The position numbers were made by a program, and so were the translations under genes. 64,000 nucleotides of DNA, taken from Chlorobiota bacterium (lineage in GTDB: Bacteria > Bacteroidota > Bacteroidia > Bacteroidales > Marinilabiliaceae). Under the pieces are notes generated by a model. It worked only from the letters and a program-made list of their open reading frames with translations, had not been told where the DNA came from and made no database searches. The stretch's first letter is position 1, and each line of letters begins with the position of its first letter. Location: assembly GCA_013153405.1 (NCBI GenBank), contig JAADEM010000037.1, forward strand, positions 2,202-66,201, read 5' to 3'. Below are positions 19,418 to 28,559 of the stretch, in pieces.

Positions 19418-19981
19418 ATGTTAAAAGATCTCATGCTGAAAAGCAGAAGCTACAGGCGTTTTTATCAGGAATACAAAGTGTCGGAGAATGATTTGGTTGA
19501 GTTGGTGGAACTTACTCGTTATTCTCCGTCGGCAAGAAATGCACAACCGCTGAAATATTTTTTATCGTGTGATGAAAAAACAAATGCAAAAATATTTCCG
19601 ACGCTTGCCTGGGCAGGATACCTGACAGACTGGCCCGGTCCGGAGGATGGAGAACGCCCCTCTGCGTATATAGTTATGCTGCTTGATACCGGGATTGCCG
19701 ATAATCAATATTGCGATGATGGAATTGCCATTCAGTCAATATTGCTGGGTGCAACAGAAAAAGGACTCGGTGGATGCACTATTGCTGCTATTGACAAAAA
19801 AAGGTTAAGAACTGAACTTAATATTCCTGAGAGATTTGAGATACTTTATGTGCTTGCTATAGGTAAACCTAAAGAGAAAGTGGTAATAGAAGATATGAAG
19901 GATAATGACTTTAAATATTGGCGCGACTCAGACGGAATTCATCATGTTCCCAAAAGAAGTATTAATGAAATTATATTATAA
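19418..19981 (+). CDS. Nitroreductase family protein
   Basis: RSYRRFYQEY...LVELTRYSPSARNAQPLKYFL, a typical nitroreductase N-terminus. Confidence 0.8.
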   Translation: MLKDLMLKSRSYRRFYQEYKVSENDLVELVELTRYSPSARNAQPLKYFLSCDEKTNAKIFPTLAWAGYLTDWPGPEDGERPSAYIVMLLDTGIADNQYCDDGIAIQSILLGATEKGLGGCTIAAIDKKRLRTELNIPERFEILYVLAIGKPKEKVVIEDMKDNDFKYWRDSDGIHHVPKRSINEIIL

Positions 19982-20065
19982 ATTATTCCCTGAGAGTGTA
20001 AATTTGTCAGGTTTTTCTATCGGCCTGCTTTTTGTTATACTAACAAGGAACCAAAAAAACAGATT

Positions 20066-20830
20066 ATGAAAAAGATTATTATAAGTATTGTATTAATGCT
20101 GTTACCATTGCATGTGGTTGTTAAGGCTCAGGATACTTTAAGCCTGGATTCAATCCGCTTCTCGGGAATGATATTTGACAAGGATAGTCTCGAGGTTTTA
20201 CCATATGCAAAATATGCTATTCACGATAATAGTTTTCTGGCAAACAATAACGGAGAGTTTCATGTATGGGTTAAAAAAGGAGATTTGCTTAAATTCTCTT
20301 ATGTAGGATATAAGGATACTTATATTCAGATTAATGATACTCTTGATACCAATAATTATCTGATAGGTGTTTTCCTGTCAAAAGATACAGTACAACTTTC
20401 AGAGGTGATAGTTGTTCCCAGATATCAGCAATTATTGCTGGAGGCTAAATATTCGCCACTGATGATAAACCCTGAATATGTTAATGCAAACCGTAATGTT
20501 AAAGCTGCTACACGTCAGGCATTGACACAGAGCCCTGAACGAATGGATGCAGAGGCAAATCAGCAAATGGTGATACATGAACAAACAATGAAAACAGTTT
20601 ATAAAACACAGGTGCCTCCGGATATGATTTTTGGTATTCATTCCGATCGGCTTATACCGTACATAATGTATTTGTCGAAGAAAAAGAAAATGAAAATACG
20701 AGAAACTAATCCGGAAACGGATGTGCTTTCGCAAAAAGAGACCCGTTTTCTGTTGAACTTGTATAAACAGCGACAAAATAAACTGAAGCCGGGAAATAAA
20801 GAGTCAGTTGTTATAAAAAAAGATGACTGA
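20066..20830 (+). CDS. Secreted hypothetical protein with carboxypeptidase-regulatory-like N-terminal domain
   Basis: Signal peptide present. FSGMIFDKDSLEVLPYAKYAI...GEFHVWVKKGDLLKFSYVGYKD resembles the CarbopepD_reg fold. Confidence 0.6.
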   Translation: MKKIIISIVLMLLPLHVVVKAQDTLSLDSIRFSGMIFDKDSLEVLPYAKYAIHDNSFLANNNGEFHVWVKKGDLLKFSYVGYKDTYIQINDTLDTNNYLIGVFLSKDTVQLSEVIVVPRYQQLLLEAKYSPLMINPEYVNANRNVKAATRQALTQSPERMDAEANQQMVIHEQTMKTVYKTQVPPDMIFGIHSDRLIPYIMYLSKKKKMKIRETNPETDVLSQKETRFLLNLYKQRQNKLKPGNKESVVIKKDD

Positions 20831-20850
20831 CCGAGTCCGGAGAATGTAAA

Positions 20851-20898
20851 AAGGCAAATTCCCTGATGGCGGTAAAATTTGCCTGACAGCTTCTTTTT
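20851..20898 (+). terminator. Terminator hairpin after 20066-20830
   Basis: AGGCAAATT-loop-AATTTGCCT, followed by a T-rich tract. Confidence 0.55.
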
Positions 20899-20950
20899 TG
20901 ATTCTTAAAAAAAGAGCATCTTTGTATGTCAATAATCTGAACTGATATTC

Positions 20951-21580
20951 ATGGAATTTACTTTAAATGGTGACAAAAACGGTTATTCCAAGGTTGAATC
21001 TTTCAATGACGAGGTAACCGAAGAGTTAAGTAAGAACTATTATAACGTACTGAAACTGATAGGTGAAGATCCTCACAGGGAGGGCCTGGAGAAAACCCCT
21101 TTACGCGTAGCGAAGGCAATGCAGTTTCTCACTCAGGGATATAATATGAACCCGGAGGAGATTCTTCGTTCGGCAATGTTTCGGGAAGATTATCAACAAA
21201 TGGTGGTAGTAAAGGATATAGAATTGTATTCAATGTGTGAGCACCATATGTTGCCTTTTTTTGGAAAAGCTCATGTAGCATACATTCCTCGTCACCATAT
21301 TACAGGACTTAGCAAAATAGCCAGGGTGGTAGAAGCTTTTGCCCGACGTCTTCAGGTACAGGAGCGTCTTACCACACAGATCAAAGAGTGTATTCAGAAG
21401 ACACTTAATCCGTTGGGGGTTGCAGTTGTTATTGAAGCCCAGCATATGTGTATGCAAATGCGCGGAGTTCAAAAACAACATTCGGTTACAACAACCTCAG
21501 ACTTTACCGGGGCATTTCTTAATAATCTTGCGACACGTGAAGAGTTTATGAGAATAATAGGAACGAATCTGCACGGATAG
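20951..21580 (+). CDS. folE: GTP cyclohydrolase I
   Basis: [52 protein letters not shown]. Confidence 0.92.
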   Translation: MEFTLNGDKNGYSKVESFNDEVTEELSKNYYNVLKLIGEDPHREGLEKTPLRVAKAMQFLTQGYNMNPEEILRSAMFREDYQQMVVVKDIELYSMCEHHMLPFFGKAHVAYIPRHHITGLSKIARVVEAFARRLQVQERLTTQIKECIQKTLNPLGVAVVIEAQHMCMQMRGVQKQHSVTTTSDFTGAFLNNLATREEFMRIIGTNLHG

Positions 21581-21599
21581 TTGTTTTAATACTCAGAAA

Positions 21600-22007
21600 A
21601 TGCAAGAGGTAATTACATTCTCAACATCAGCAAGGGAGGTTCTTGTCGATATCACCAGGGATGTGACTGAAATTGTAAAACAATCGGGAGTAAAGCAAGG
21701 TATTGTAAATGTTTTTGCCCGTGGTGCAACAGCAGCCATAATGATTCAGGAAAACTGGGATGATTCGGTACAAACCGATGTCGTTAACCTGCTTCGGAAA
21801 TTAATTCCTAATGGGGTATGGTTGCATGATCGACAGGATGGAAATGGAGACTCACATCTCAAGGCTGGTATAGTAGGCCCGTCTGAATCTATTCCCATAA
21901 TTAACGGAGAACCAGGATTGTCAACATGGCAGAATATTTTCTTTTGTGAATTTGATGGTCCTCGCCGAAGCCGGCAGGTTGTGGTTACTGTTATGGAAAT
22001 GAAATAG
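21600..22007 (+). CDS. yjbQ: YjbQ/UPF0047 family (secondary thiamine-phosphate synthase) protein
   Basis: GIVNVFARGATAAIMIQENWD...DGNGDSHLKAGIVGPSESIPI...LSTWQNIFFCEFDGPR. Confidence 0.8.
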   Translation: MQEVITFSTSAREVLVDITRDVTEIVKQSGVKQGIVNVFARGATAAIMIQENWDDSVQTDVVNLLRKLIPNGVWLHDRQDGNGDSHLKAGIVGPSESIPIINGEPGLSTWQNIFFCEFDGPRRSRQVVVTVMEMK

Positions 22008-22037
22008 CCTGTTTACGTTTTATGTATACAATGTGTA

Positions 22038-22895
22038 CTATTGGATATCGGTTTTATCTCCGGTATGTATCGTTGAGCCGTAAGAGTTTGAGTAACAGGT
22101 AAAATATCCTAAAGCACCATTGCTTATGTTTCCCGGTAAATTTGCAGGCGGACCGCTGAAAAGTGGTATGTTGGTTCCTGTTTCCTCCTGTAAAGCAATG
22201 ACATAGTTGTAAAACTCAGAAGTTATTCCACTCATTTTAAGAGTAATTGTGTCTCCGGGGTAAATGTCGTATTCATCATTATTTATATAAAAACTGTGTA
22301 CCCATACACCTTTGGCATAATTTCCGTCAATGAACCGGTCGTCGGCAACGGTTACTTCTGTTAATTGATCTGTGTACAGGGTATCATTCACTATCAGGCT
22401 GAACATATAGTAATCGGTAGTATCACCACCAGGTTCCATTGCGTAAAGAAGAACTTTCCATAAATCCCAGTTGTCTTCATATTCAAGTTTAATAGAATCT
22501 ACTTTGGTTACCGGATTAAGATAGCTTTGGGCGGTGTAAGTTTCATATACTCCGTCATCATTTATGTCTACATTTTCAATTTTCAGTTTGTATGTTCTTC
22601 CCGTAACACCAAAGAAGTTGTCGAATGTAAGGTAAAGTCCGGGCAGGCTTTCAGACTCAATAAGTTCATAAGTATAATGTCCGTCATTAATGGAAACCTT
22701 TGCATGCCGGACAGCAGGCATTTGTTCATTGGCAAAGAAGTCACCCGACTTTGAGAGACGTACATAATGAGTTGCGGTATCGGTTGTGATAAATCCTTCA
22801 ACAACCAGGCGAGGATCTGTGTGCTTGAGATTCAGTTCTATATCTTCTGTACAAGCTGATATAAACAATAGTAAAATGTAAATTAAATTTTTCAT
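22038..22895 (-). CDS. DUF4249 family lipoprotein (partner of the upstream TonB-dependent receptor)
   Basis: Lipobox LLFISAC, and DPRLVVEGFITTD as in DUF4249. It starts 1 nt after the receptor stop. Confidence 0.7.
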   Translation of the reverse strand: MKNLIYILLLFISACTEDIELNLKHTDPRLVVEGFITTDTATHYVRLSKSGDFFANEQMPAVRHAKVSINDGHYTYELIESESLPGLYLTFDNFFGVTGRTYKLKIENVDINDDGVYETYTAQSYLNPVTKVDSIKLEYEDNWDLWKVLLYAMEPGGDTTDYYMFSLIVNDTLYTDQLTEVTVADDRFIDGNYAKGVWVHSFYINNDEYDIYPGDTITLKMSGITSEFYNYVIALQEETGTNIPLFSGPPANLPGNISNGALGYFTCYSNSYGSTIHTGDKTDIQ

Positions 22896-22896
22896 A

Positions 22897-25263
22897 TCAG
22901 AACTTAATATTATACGTAATTGCCGGAATAATTGAGAATAGGTATGTCATACGTGCATGTATTATCAAGGGATTGTCGTCATCGTTTTCGAAATTAATTA
23001 CCCAGGCATTCTTTCTGTAATATGCATTGTAAACAGAAAATACCCATTCGCCCTTACACTGTTTTTGCTTTTTGTTTTTTGAATGTAATGTAAAAGAGAG
23101 GTCGAGTCGGTGATAGTTTGGCATCCGCTCTTCGTTACGGTCAGAATAAAGAGGTACAATAACACCGCCTGATTCATATCTGCCTACCGGCAGGGTTACC
23201 GGAGCTCCTGTGTAAAATACCCAGTTGGCGGCAAATGATGATCTCTCAGATATCCTGTGATTTACTACCAGACTAATATCATTGGTGTGATCGTACGGTG
23301 ACAGGTATGTTTTATTATTATTTACACCGTCTATTTTACGTTCGGCTTTTAGCCGGGTATAGCTTATCCAGCCTTTCCAGTTATTGAGATTATACCTGAC
23401 AAAAATTTCGGCACCATATGACCATGATTTTCCAAACCTTAATTCACCCTCCAGATGTTCGTTCAGTAAAAGTTCGGCATGATCTTTAAAGTCTATTGTG
23501 TTTTGCATGTTTTTGTAAAACAACTCTAATGATGTTTCTACTTTATTTGAAAATATATTTTTAAAGAAACCGACAGAGTATTGGTCGGCTGTTTGCGGTT
23601 TTACGTTAGGACTTGCAGGAAACCATATGTCAAGCGGAGATGAAGATGTTGAGTTACTGGCCATGTTCAGATATTGTTTTGTTCTGGAATAGGATGCTTT
23701 TACCGATGTGCCGGGGGTTAAAATATAGCTTAAGCTTATTCGTGGTTCAAGTCCGGTGTATGTATTGTATATTTCACCCTTTTTTATTTCACGTTCACCT
23801 GTTACATTGTAGTTGTCATCATATTCGAAAAGTGTGCCGGGGCCTATATTCTGGAATATTGAAAAACGTAATCCGTATTTAACAACAAATCGTTGAGTGA
23901 TATTTTGTGTGTTTGAAATGTAAATAGCATGTTCGAGCGAATTTGTGTTTGCCAGACGTATTTCGTTGTACATGTCGTCCTCGTCTTTCCCGTAGGCATT
24001 GCCCGGCATTATATCGTGATAAGTTGTCTGGCCGCCGAAACTGATGGTGTTGGAAGTGTTCATGTAGTAATTAAAGTCTGCTTTTAAGCTCCAGTCTTTT
24101 AAGTTTGATTTCCATTCGAAGGAATTGGCTCCGCTTTCAATTGTACCCAGTCCGTAATCGTAATTTGAGTATATCAAGGTGAGATTTGAGAATAATCTGG
24201 GATTGTAAACATGATTCCATCGGGCAGTGAAGGTTTTATTGCCGAAATCCATTTTAGAGAATTCATTTCTGAATACATCACGGCCGAAATATCCGCTTAA
24301 GTAAAAGTGGTTGTTTTTATTCAGGGTGTGGTTTACTTTAGCATTCAAATCGTAAAAATATATTCTGTTGTCTTTCATGTCGTCTTTTGCAAAAACAGGT
24401 ATCAGAAGGTCGAGATATGTACGCCTGGCACTGACAATAAAAGATGTACGGTCCTTTATAATCGGTCCTTCCAGAGTGAATCGGGAGGCAATGGTTCCGA
24501 TACCTGCAGTCCCTGAGAATTTCTTTTTATTTCCTTCTTTCATTCTGATGTTGAGAAGAGAAGATATCCGGCCTCCACTGCTGGCCGGAATATAACCTTT
24601 ATACAATTCTACACTGTTAATGGCATCGTTATTGAAAACCGAAAAAAAGCCGAGGAAATGCCCGGCGTTATACACTGTTGCTTCATCAAGCAAAATAAGG
24701 TTCTGGTCGGGATTTCCACCTCTCACACTGAATCCGCTGGAACCTTCACTTGTTGCCTGTACCCCCGGCATTAACTGAAGAACTTTAATAAGGTCAGTTT
24801 CGCCCATTAAAACAGGAATCTGTTTTATGTCGTTGCTAAGGAGTTTCTCGTTTCCCATAAGCGGAGATGTGATATTATGATCCTTTTGCTGTGATGTGAT
24901 TACTATTTCCTGAAGTTGCTCGGATCCGGGTTCCAGCAATATGTTTAACGAAAAGTCTTTGTCTGCTTTAATTTCTATCTCTTTTTCGTCATATCCGATA
25001 AATGAAAATGTCAGATGATATGTACCTGGTGTCAAAGAAATACTGTAAAATCCGTAGCTGTTGGCTGTTGAGCCTTTGCCTGTCTCCTTTATTAAGATTG
25101 TGGCTCCGGTAAGGTTCTCACCTGTTTGGGCATCTTTTACATATCCACTGATTGTTATTTTTTTTTCAATATATGTTTTTTTTGCACTACAAACAGATAT
25201 GTTTATACTGAAAATCAGGATAAATAGGATAACATTAAATATATTTGTTTGAACCGTATTCAT
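22897..25263 (-). CDS. TonB-dependent receptor with N-terminal carboxypeptidase-regulatory-like domain
   Basis: ISGYVKDAQTGENLTGATILIKETGKGSTANSYGFYSISLTPGTYHLTFSFIGYDEKEI (CarbopepD_reg_2). Plug segment DLIKVLQLMPGVQATSEGSSGFSVRGG. C-terminal aromatic residue (..YNIKF). Confidence 0.85.
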   Translation of the reverse strand: MNTVQTNIFNVILFILIFSINISVCSAKKTYIEKKITISGYVKDAQTGENLTGATILIKETGKGSTANSYGFYSISLTPGTYHLTFSFIGYDEKEIEIKADKDFSLNILLEPGSEQLQEIVITSQQKDHNITSPLMGNEKLLSNDIKQIPVLMGETDLIKVLQLMPGVQATSEGSSGFSVRGGNPDQNLILLDEATVYNAGHFLGFFSVFNNDAINSVELYKGYIPASSGGRISSLLNIRMKEGNKKKFSGTAGIGTIASRFTLEGPIIKDRTSFIVSARRTYLDLLIPVFAKDDMKDNRIYFYDLNAKVNHTLNKNNHFYLSGYFGRDVFRNEFSKMDFGNKTFTARWNHVYNPRLFSNLTLIYSNYDYGLGTIESGANSFEWKSNLKDWSLKADFNYYMNTSNTISFGGQTTYHDIMPGNAYGKDEDDMYNEIRLANTNSLEHAIYISNTQNITQRFVVKYGLRFSIFQNIGPGTLFEYDDNYNVTGEREIKKGEIYNTYTGLEPRISLSYILTPGTSVKASYSRTKQYLNMASNSTSSSPLDIWFPASPNVKPQTADQYSVGFFKNIFSNKVETSLELFYKNMQNTIDFKDHAELLLNEHLEGELRFGKSWSYGAEIFVRYNLNNWKGWISYTRLKAERKIDGVNNNKTYLSPYDHTNDISLVVNHRISERSSFAANWVFYTGAPVTLPVGRYESGGVIVPLYSDRNEERMPNYHRLDLSFTLHSKNKKQKQCKGEWVFSVYNAYYRKNAWVINFENDDDNPLIIHARMTYLFSIIPAITYNIKF

Positions 25264-25320
25264 AGTGTATGTTCAAATATAAAAAAAGTATTCTTATCAC
25301 ATCTGAAATTAATTTTTATT

Positions 25321-26871
25321 ATGATTAGCAGGTTTAGTTTATATAGTTTCTTACTGATTATGTTTTCGGTTTTGACTGTATCCTGTAGTAAAGCCGGGAA
25401 AGAAACAAAATATGTAAAGCCAAATATCATATATATTCTTGCCGATGATCTTGGCTATGCAGAACTTGGAGCTTATGGTCAGAAAAAAATTGAGACACCG
25501 AATATTGACCGGCTTGCAAATAATGGAATGAAGTTTACACAGCATTATGCGGGAGCTCCTGTTTGCGCACCATCACGATGTGTTTTGCTTACCGGAAAGC
25601 ACTTGGGGCATTCTTTGGTACGAGGGAATGATGAGTGGACCAGCAGGGGAAAAGTATGGGATTATAAAGCCGTTGCCAAAGATTCCACACTCGAAGGACA
25701 GTTTCCTATTCCTGCCGGAACTATCACTTCTGCACGCCTTTTGCAGAAAGCCGGGTATGAAACAGCTATAATTGGCAAGTGGGGACTTGGTGCTCCGCAA
25801 ACTGATGGTGTGCCTAATAAACAGGGATTTGACTATTTCTTTGGATACAACTGTCAGCGGCAGGCGCATACTTATTATCCTTTGCATCTATGGGAAAACG
25901 ATCACAGAATACATCTTAATAACGACACTGTACCTCCCGGAACAAAACTCGATAAAGGTGCCGATCCGTATGACATAAATAGTTATACTAAATATCATCA
26001 GACTGATTATGCCCCTGAGCTGATGTTTAATGCCATAACAAAGTTTGTTGATGAACATAGGGACAGACCTTTTTTTTTGTACTGGGCAACTCCGATTCCG
26101 CATGCTCCTTTGCAGGCGCCTCAGAGGTGGGTTGATTATTACGTGAAAAAGTTCGGAGATGAAGAACCTTACACCGGAAACAAAGGTTATTTCCCGTGCC
26201 GTTATCCTCATGCTACTTATGCAGCAATGATATCTTATCTTGATGAAAATGTGGGTAAACTTGTTATGCAGCTTAAAGATCTTGGCATCTATGATAATAC
26301 CATTATAATTTTTACATCCGATAATGGCCCTACTTATAACGGAGGAACGGACTCTCCGTGGTTCGACAGTGCTCATCCTTTCCGTAGCGGGTATGGAAGA
26401 GGGAAAGGATTTGTTTATGAGGGAGGAATACGTGTTCCTATGATAGCTGAATGGCCCGGTAAAATAAAGCCGGGAACAGAAACAGACCATATATCGGCTT
26501 TTTATGATGTTCTTCCTACGTTGTGTGATATAGCCGGAATTGACAAACCTGAAGATATTGACGGAATCAGTTTTCTGCCTGTTCTGGAGGCGAAAAGACA
26601 GAAAGAGCATGGATATTTGTATTGGGAATTTCCCGAATACGGCGGACAACTTGCCGTACGAATGGGTAAGTGGAAAGCAGTTTGCCGTAATGTGAGGAGA
26701 AGGAACAATTTTACATTTGAGCTTTACGACTTGCAAAAAGATATTTCAGAATCAAAGGATGTTTCAGCAGAGTATCCTGAAATTATTGAAAAGATTAAAG
26801 AGATAGTGAAGAAAGAACATGTGCAGTCGCAAAACCCGCATTGGAAATTCAGAGTCCTGGGAGATAAATAA
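25321..26871 (+). CDS. Sulfatase (arylsulfatase A family)
   Basis: Track ORF 25249-26871. I prefer the ATG at 25321 (MISRFSLYSFLLIMFSVLTVSC lipobox). PNIIYILADDLGY, formylglycine motif CAPSRCVLLTGK, TSDNGP. Confidence 0.88.
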   Translation: MISRFSLYSFLLIMFSVLTVSCSKAGKETKYVKPNIIYILADDLGYAELGAYGQKKIETPNIDRLANNGMKFTQHYAGAPVCAPSRCVLLTGKHLGHSLVRGNDEWTSRGKVWDYKAVAKDSTLEGQFPIPAGTITSARLLQKAGYETAIIGKWGLGAPQTDGVPNKQGFDYFFGYNCQRQAHTYYPLHLWENDHRIHLNNDTVPPGTKLDKGADPYDINSYTKYHQTDYAPELMFNAITKFVDEHRDRPFFLYWATPIPHAPLQAPQRWVDYYVKKFGDEEPYTGNKGYFPCRYPHATYAAMISYLDENVGKLVMQLKDLGIYDNTIIIFTSDNGPTYNGGTDSPWFDSAHPFRSGYGRGKGFVYEGGIRVPMIAEWPGKIKPGTETDHISAFYDVLPTLCDIAGIDKPEDIDGISFLPVLEAKRQKEHGYLYWEFPEYGGQLAVRMGKWKAVCRNVRRRNNFTFELYDLQKDISESKDVSAEYPEIIEKIKEIVKKEHVQSQNPHWKFRVLGDK

Positions 26872-26875
26872 AAAG

Positions 26876-27340
26876 ATGATGCCAGATCGGAGGAAAATAT
26901 TGTATTTAATGATTATATCATTTACTATAACTTATTTAGGGTTGCAGGATGCGGTTACTTTTACTGTTTTGTATAACAGGCTGGATTTGAATAACGCAAT
27001 TGCTTTTAGGATAGAAGATAAAAAGAAAACAAATAACTCCTTTTTCCCCGGTTTTAATTTTAAAGGAAAATTATTGTCATGTGGAGATGTAAAAGATATA
27101 AAGGTTAGCAGAGGTGATTTTGAAACTCATAATGCAGGACAGATTATAAAAGTTTTTAAAACGGAATCGGATGAGTTTATTACCGAGTATGAAATTGAAA
27201 ATGCTATGATGATTCATGCCGGAGATAAGCGTTTTTCATTTGTGTTTATTCCTGCTATAATATTCTTCTTTGTCGGAATAATTTCTTTATTTTTCATCCT
27301 GAAAAATAAAAAACAAGACATTGATTATTTTAAATTTTAA
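26876..27340 (+). CDS. Hypothetical membrane protein (two predicted TM helices)
   Basis: Track ORF 26819-27340 overlaps the sulfatase 3' end. The ATG at 26876 (MMPDRRKILYLMIISFTITYLG) avoids the overlap. No family recognised. Confidence 0.5.
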   Translation: MMPDRRKILYLMIISFTITYLGLQDAVTFTVLYNRLDLNNAIAFRIEDKKKTNNSFFPGFNFKGKLLSCGDVKDIKVSRGDFETHNAGQIIKVFKTESDEFITEYEIENAMMIHAGDKRFSFVFIPAIIFFFVGIISLFFILKNKKQDIDYFKF

Positions 27341-27351
27341 GGGTGTTAAGT

Positions 27352-28173
27352 ATGATTAAAAAGTGTTTCATTTTTTTGCCGGTTTTTGTTATGCTGTTTT
27401 CTTTTGAAACCGTATCACAGACGAAAGTCCTGTATAAACAGATTGATACAATCAAACTGTATATGGAGGTCATTAATTCTCCCGATACTGTTATCTCGGA
27501 AAAATGTCCGGCAATGGTTTTCTTTTTTGGCGGAGGTTGGAATGTGGGTAATACGCATCAGTTTATTCATCATGCAAAGTATTTTGCCGATAGAGGTATC
27601 GTGTGTTTTCTTGTTGATTACAGGGTAAAGAAACGAAACGGAACCACTCCGTTTGAGTCGCTGAAAGATGCAAAGTCGGCAATACGTTTTGTAAGACAAA
27701 ATGCAGATGAATTCGGAATATCTCCTGACAGTATAATAGCCTCAGGCGGCTCGGCAGGCGGACATCTTGCTGCCGCTACTGCTCTGATAAAAGATTATAA
27801 CGAGAGCACAGACGATACAACTGTAAGCTGTGTCCCAGATGCTTTGGTTCTATTTAATCCTGTGATTGATAATGGTCCGGGGGGGTACGGATACGACAGG
27901 GTAGGAGAGGCGTACAAGGATTTCTCTCCGCTGCACAACATTCAGAAAGGGGCTCCTCCCACAATTTTCTTTCTGGGAACTGAAGATGAGCTAATACCTG
28001 TGGTAACTGCCGAATACTATAAAATGGTTATGGAGAAAGTAGGCAGCCGTTGTGACCTGAAACTGTACGAAGGTCAGGGGCATGGATTTTTCAACTATCG
28101 TAACAGGGAAGTTTATAACTCTACGGTGAAAGAGGCAGAAGAGTTTTTAAGGTCACTGGGGTATTTAAAATAA
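27352..28173 (+). CDS. Alpha/beta hydrolase (HSL-type carboxylesterase/lipase)
   Basis: FFFGGGW oxyanion-hole region, nucleophile elbow GGSAGGHLA, and HGF near the C-terminus. Signal peptide from the ATG at 27352. Confidence 0.8.
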   Translation: MIKKCFIFLPVFVMLFSFETVSQTKVLYKQIDTIKLYMEVINSPDTVISEKCPAMVFFFGGGWNVGNTHQFIHHAKYFADRGIVCFLVDYRVKKRNGTTPFESLKDAKSAIRFVRQNADEFGISPDSIIASGGSAGGHLAAATALIKDYNESTDDTTVSCVPDALVLFNPVIDNGPGGYGYDRVGEAYKDFSPLHNIQKGAPPTIFFLGTEDELIPVVTAEYYKMVMEKVGSRCDLKLYEGQGHGFFNYRNREVYNSTVKEAEEFLRSLGYLK

Positions 28174-28178
28174 AAACT

Positions 28179-28546
28179 GAGGATGTCCCAAAAGTAAAAA
28201 ATTAACGTCATTGCGAGGAGGAACGACGAAGCCCGCCAGGTCAGAGTGTTCGGGCAGGCAATCTATTGATATTCAACATGTATAAGCTTTGATGCTCCCT
28301 GTTTGCCGAAGCTTCGGCGCAGGCAGACTTCACTCCGTTACCCAATGACGGAGTTGCTTAAGACGCTGATTGACAACAAGACTTGTTCGTCACTGCGAAC
28401 CCCATTTTATGGGGTGAAGCAATCCCCGGCAAAAGGGAGACTGCTTCTTCGCTCGCGCTCATTGCAGTGACGCTGATATTTCATCATTTACTCATTATGC
28501 CCCAAGAATTTGGAGTGAATACTCGGAATGACGACTTTTGGGACAT
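28179..28546. repeat. Nested-palindrome intergenic element, copy B (long form, ~368 bp)
   Basis: Left arm GAGGATGTCCCAAAAGTAAAAAATTAACGTCATTGCGAGG. Right arm CGGAATGACGACTTTTGGGACAT. The interior is a chain of further palindromes: GCCGAAGCTTCGGC, ACTCCGT..ACGGAGT, CCCCAT..ATGGGG and CGTCACTGC..GCAGTGACG. The ~110 bp at the right share clear identity with copy D (CATTTACTCATTATGC(C/T)CCAA..AATT(T/G)G). Confidence 0.8.
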
Positions 28547-28559
28547 TTTCAGTAATGCG

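Noticed and set aside
25888-26736. 282-aa minus-strand ORF
   Set aside because: It lies entirely antisense within the well-supported sulfatase CDS and has no recognisable motifs. It is a typical shadow ORF.
28230-28260. SRP-RNA-like CCAGGTCAG segment inside repeat copy B
   Set aside because: It is an isolated 9-mer resemblance only. The GGAAGCAGCC partner and the helix-8 context of 4.5S/SRP RNA are absent, and the segment is part of a dispersed repeat.
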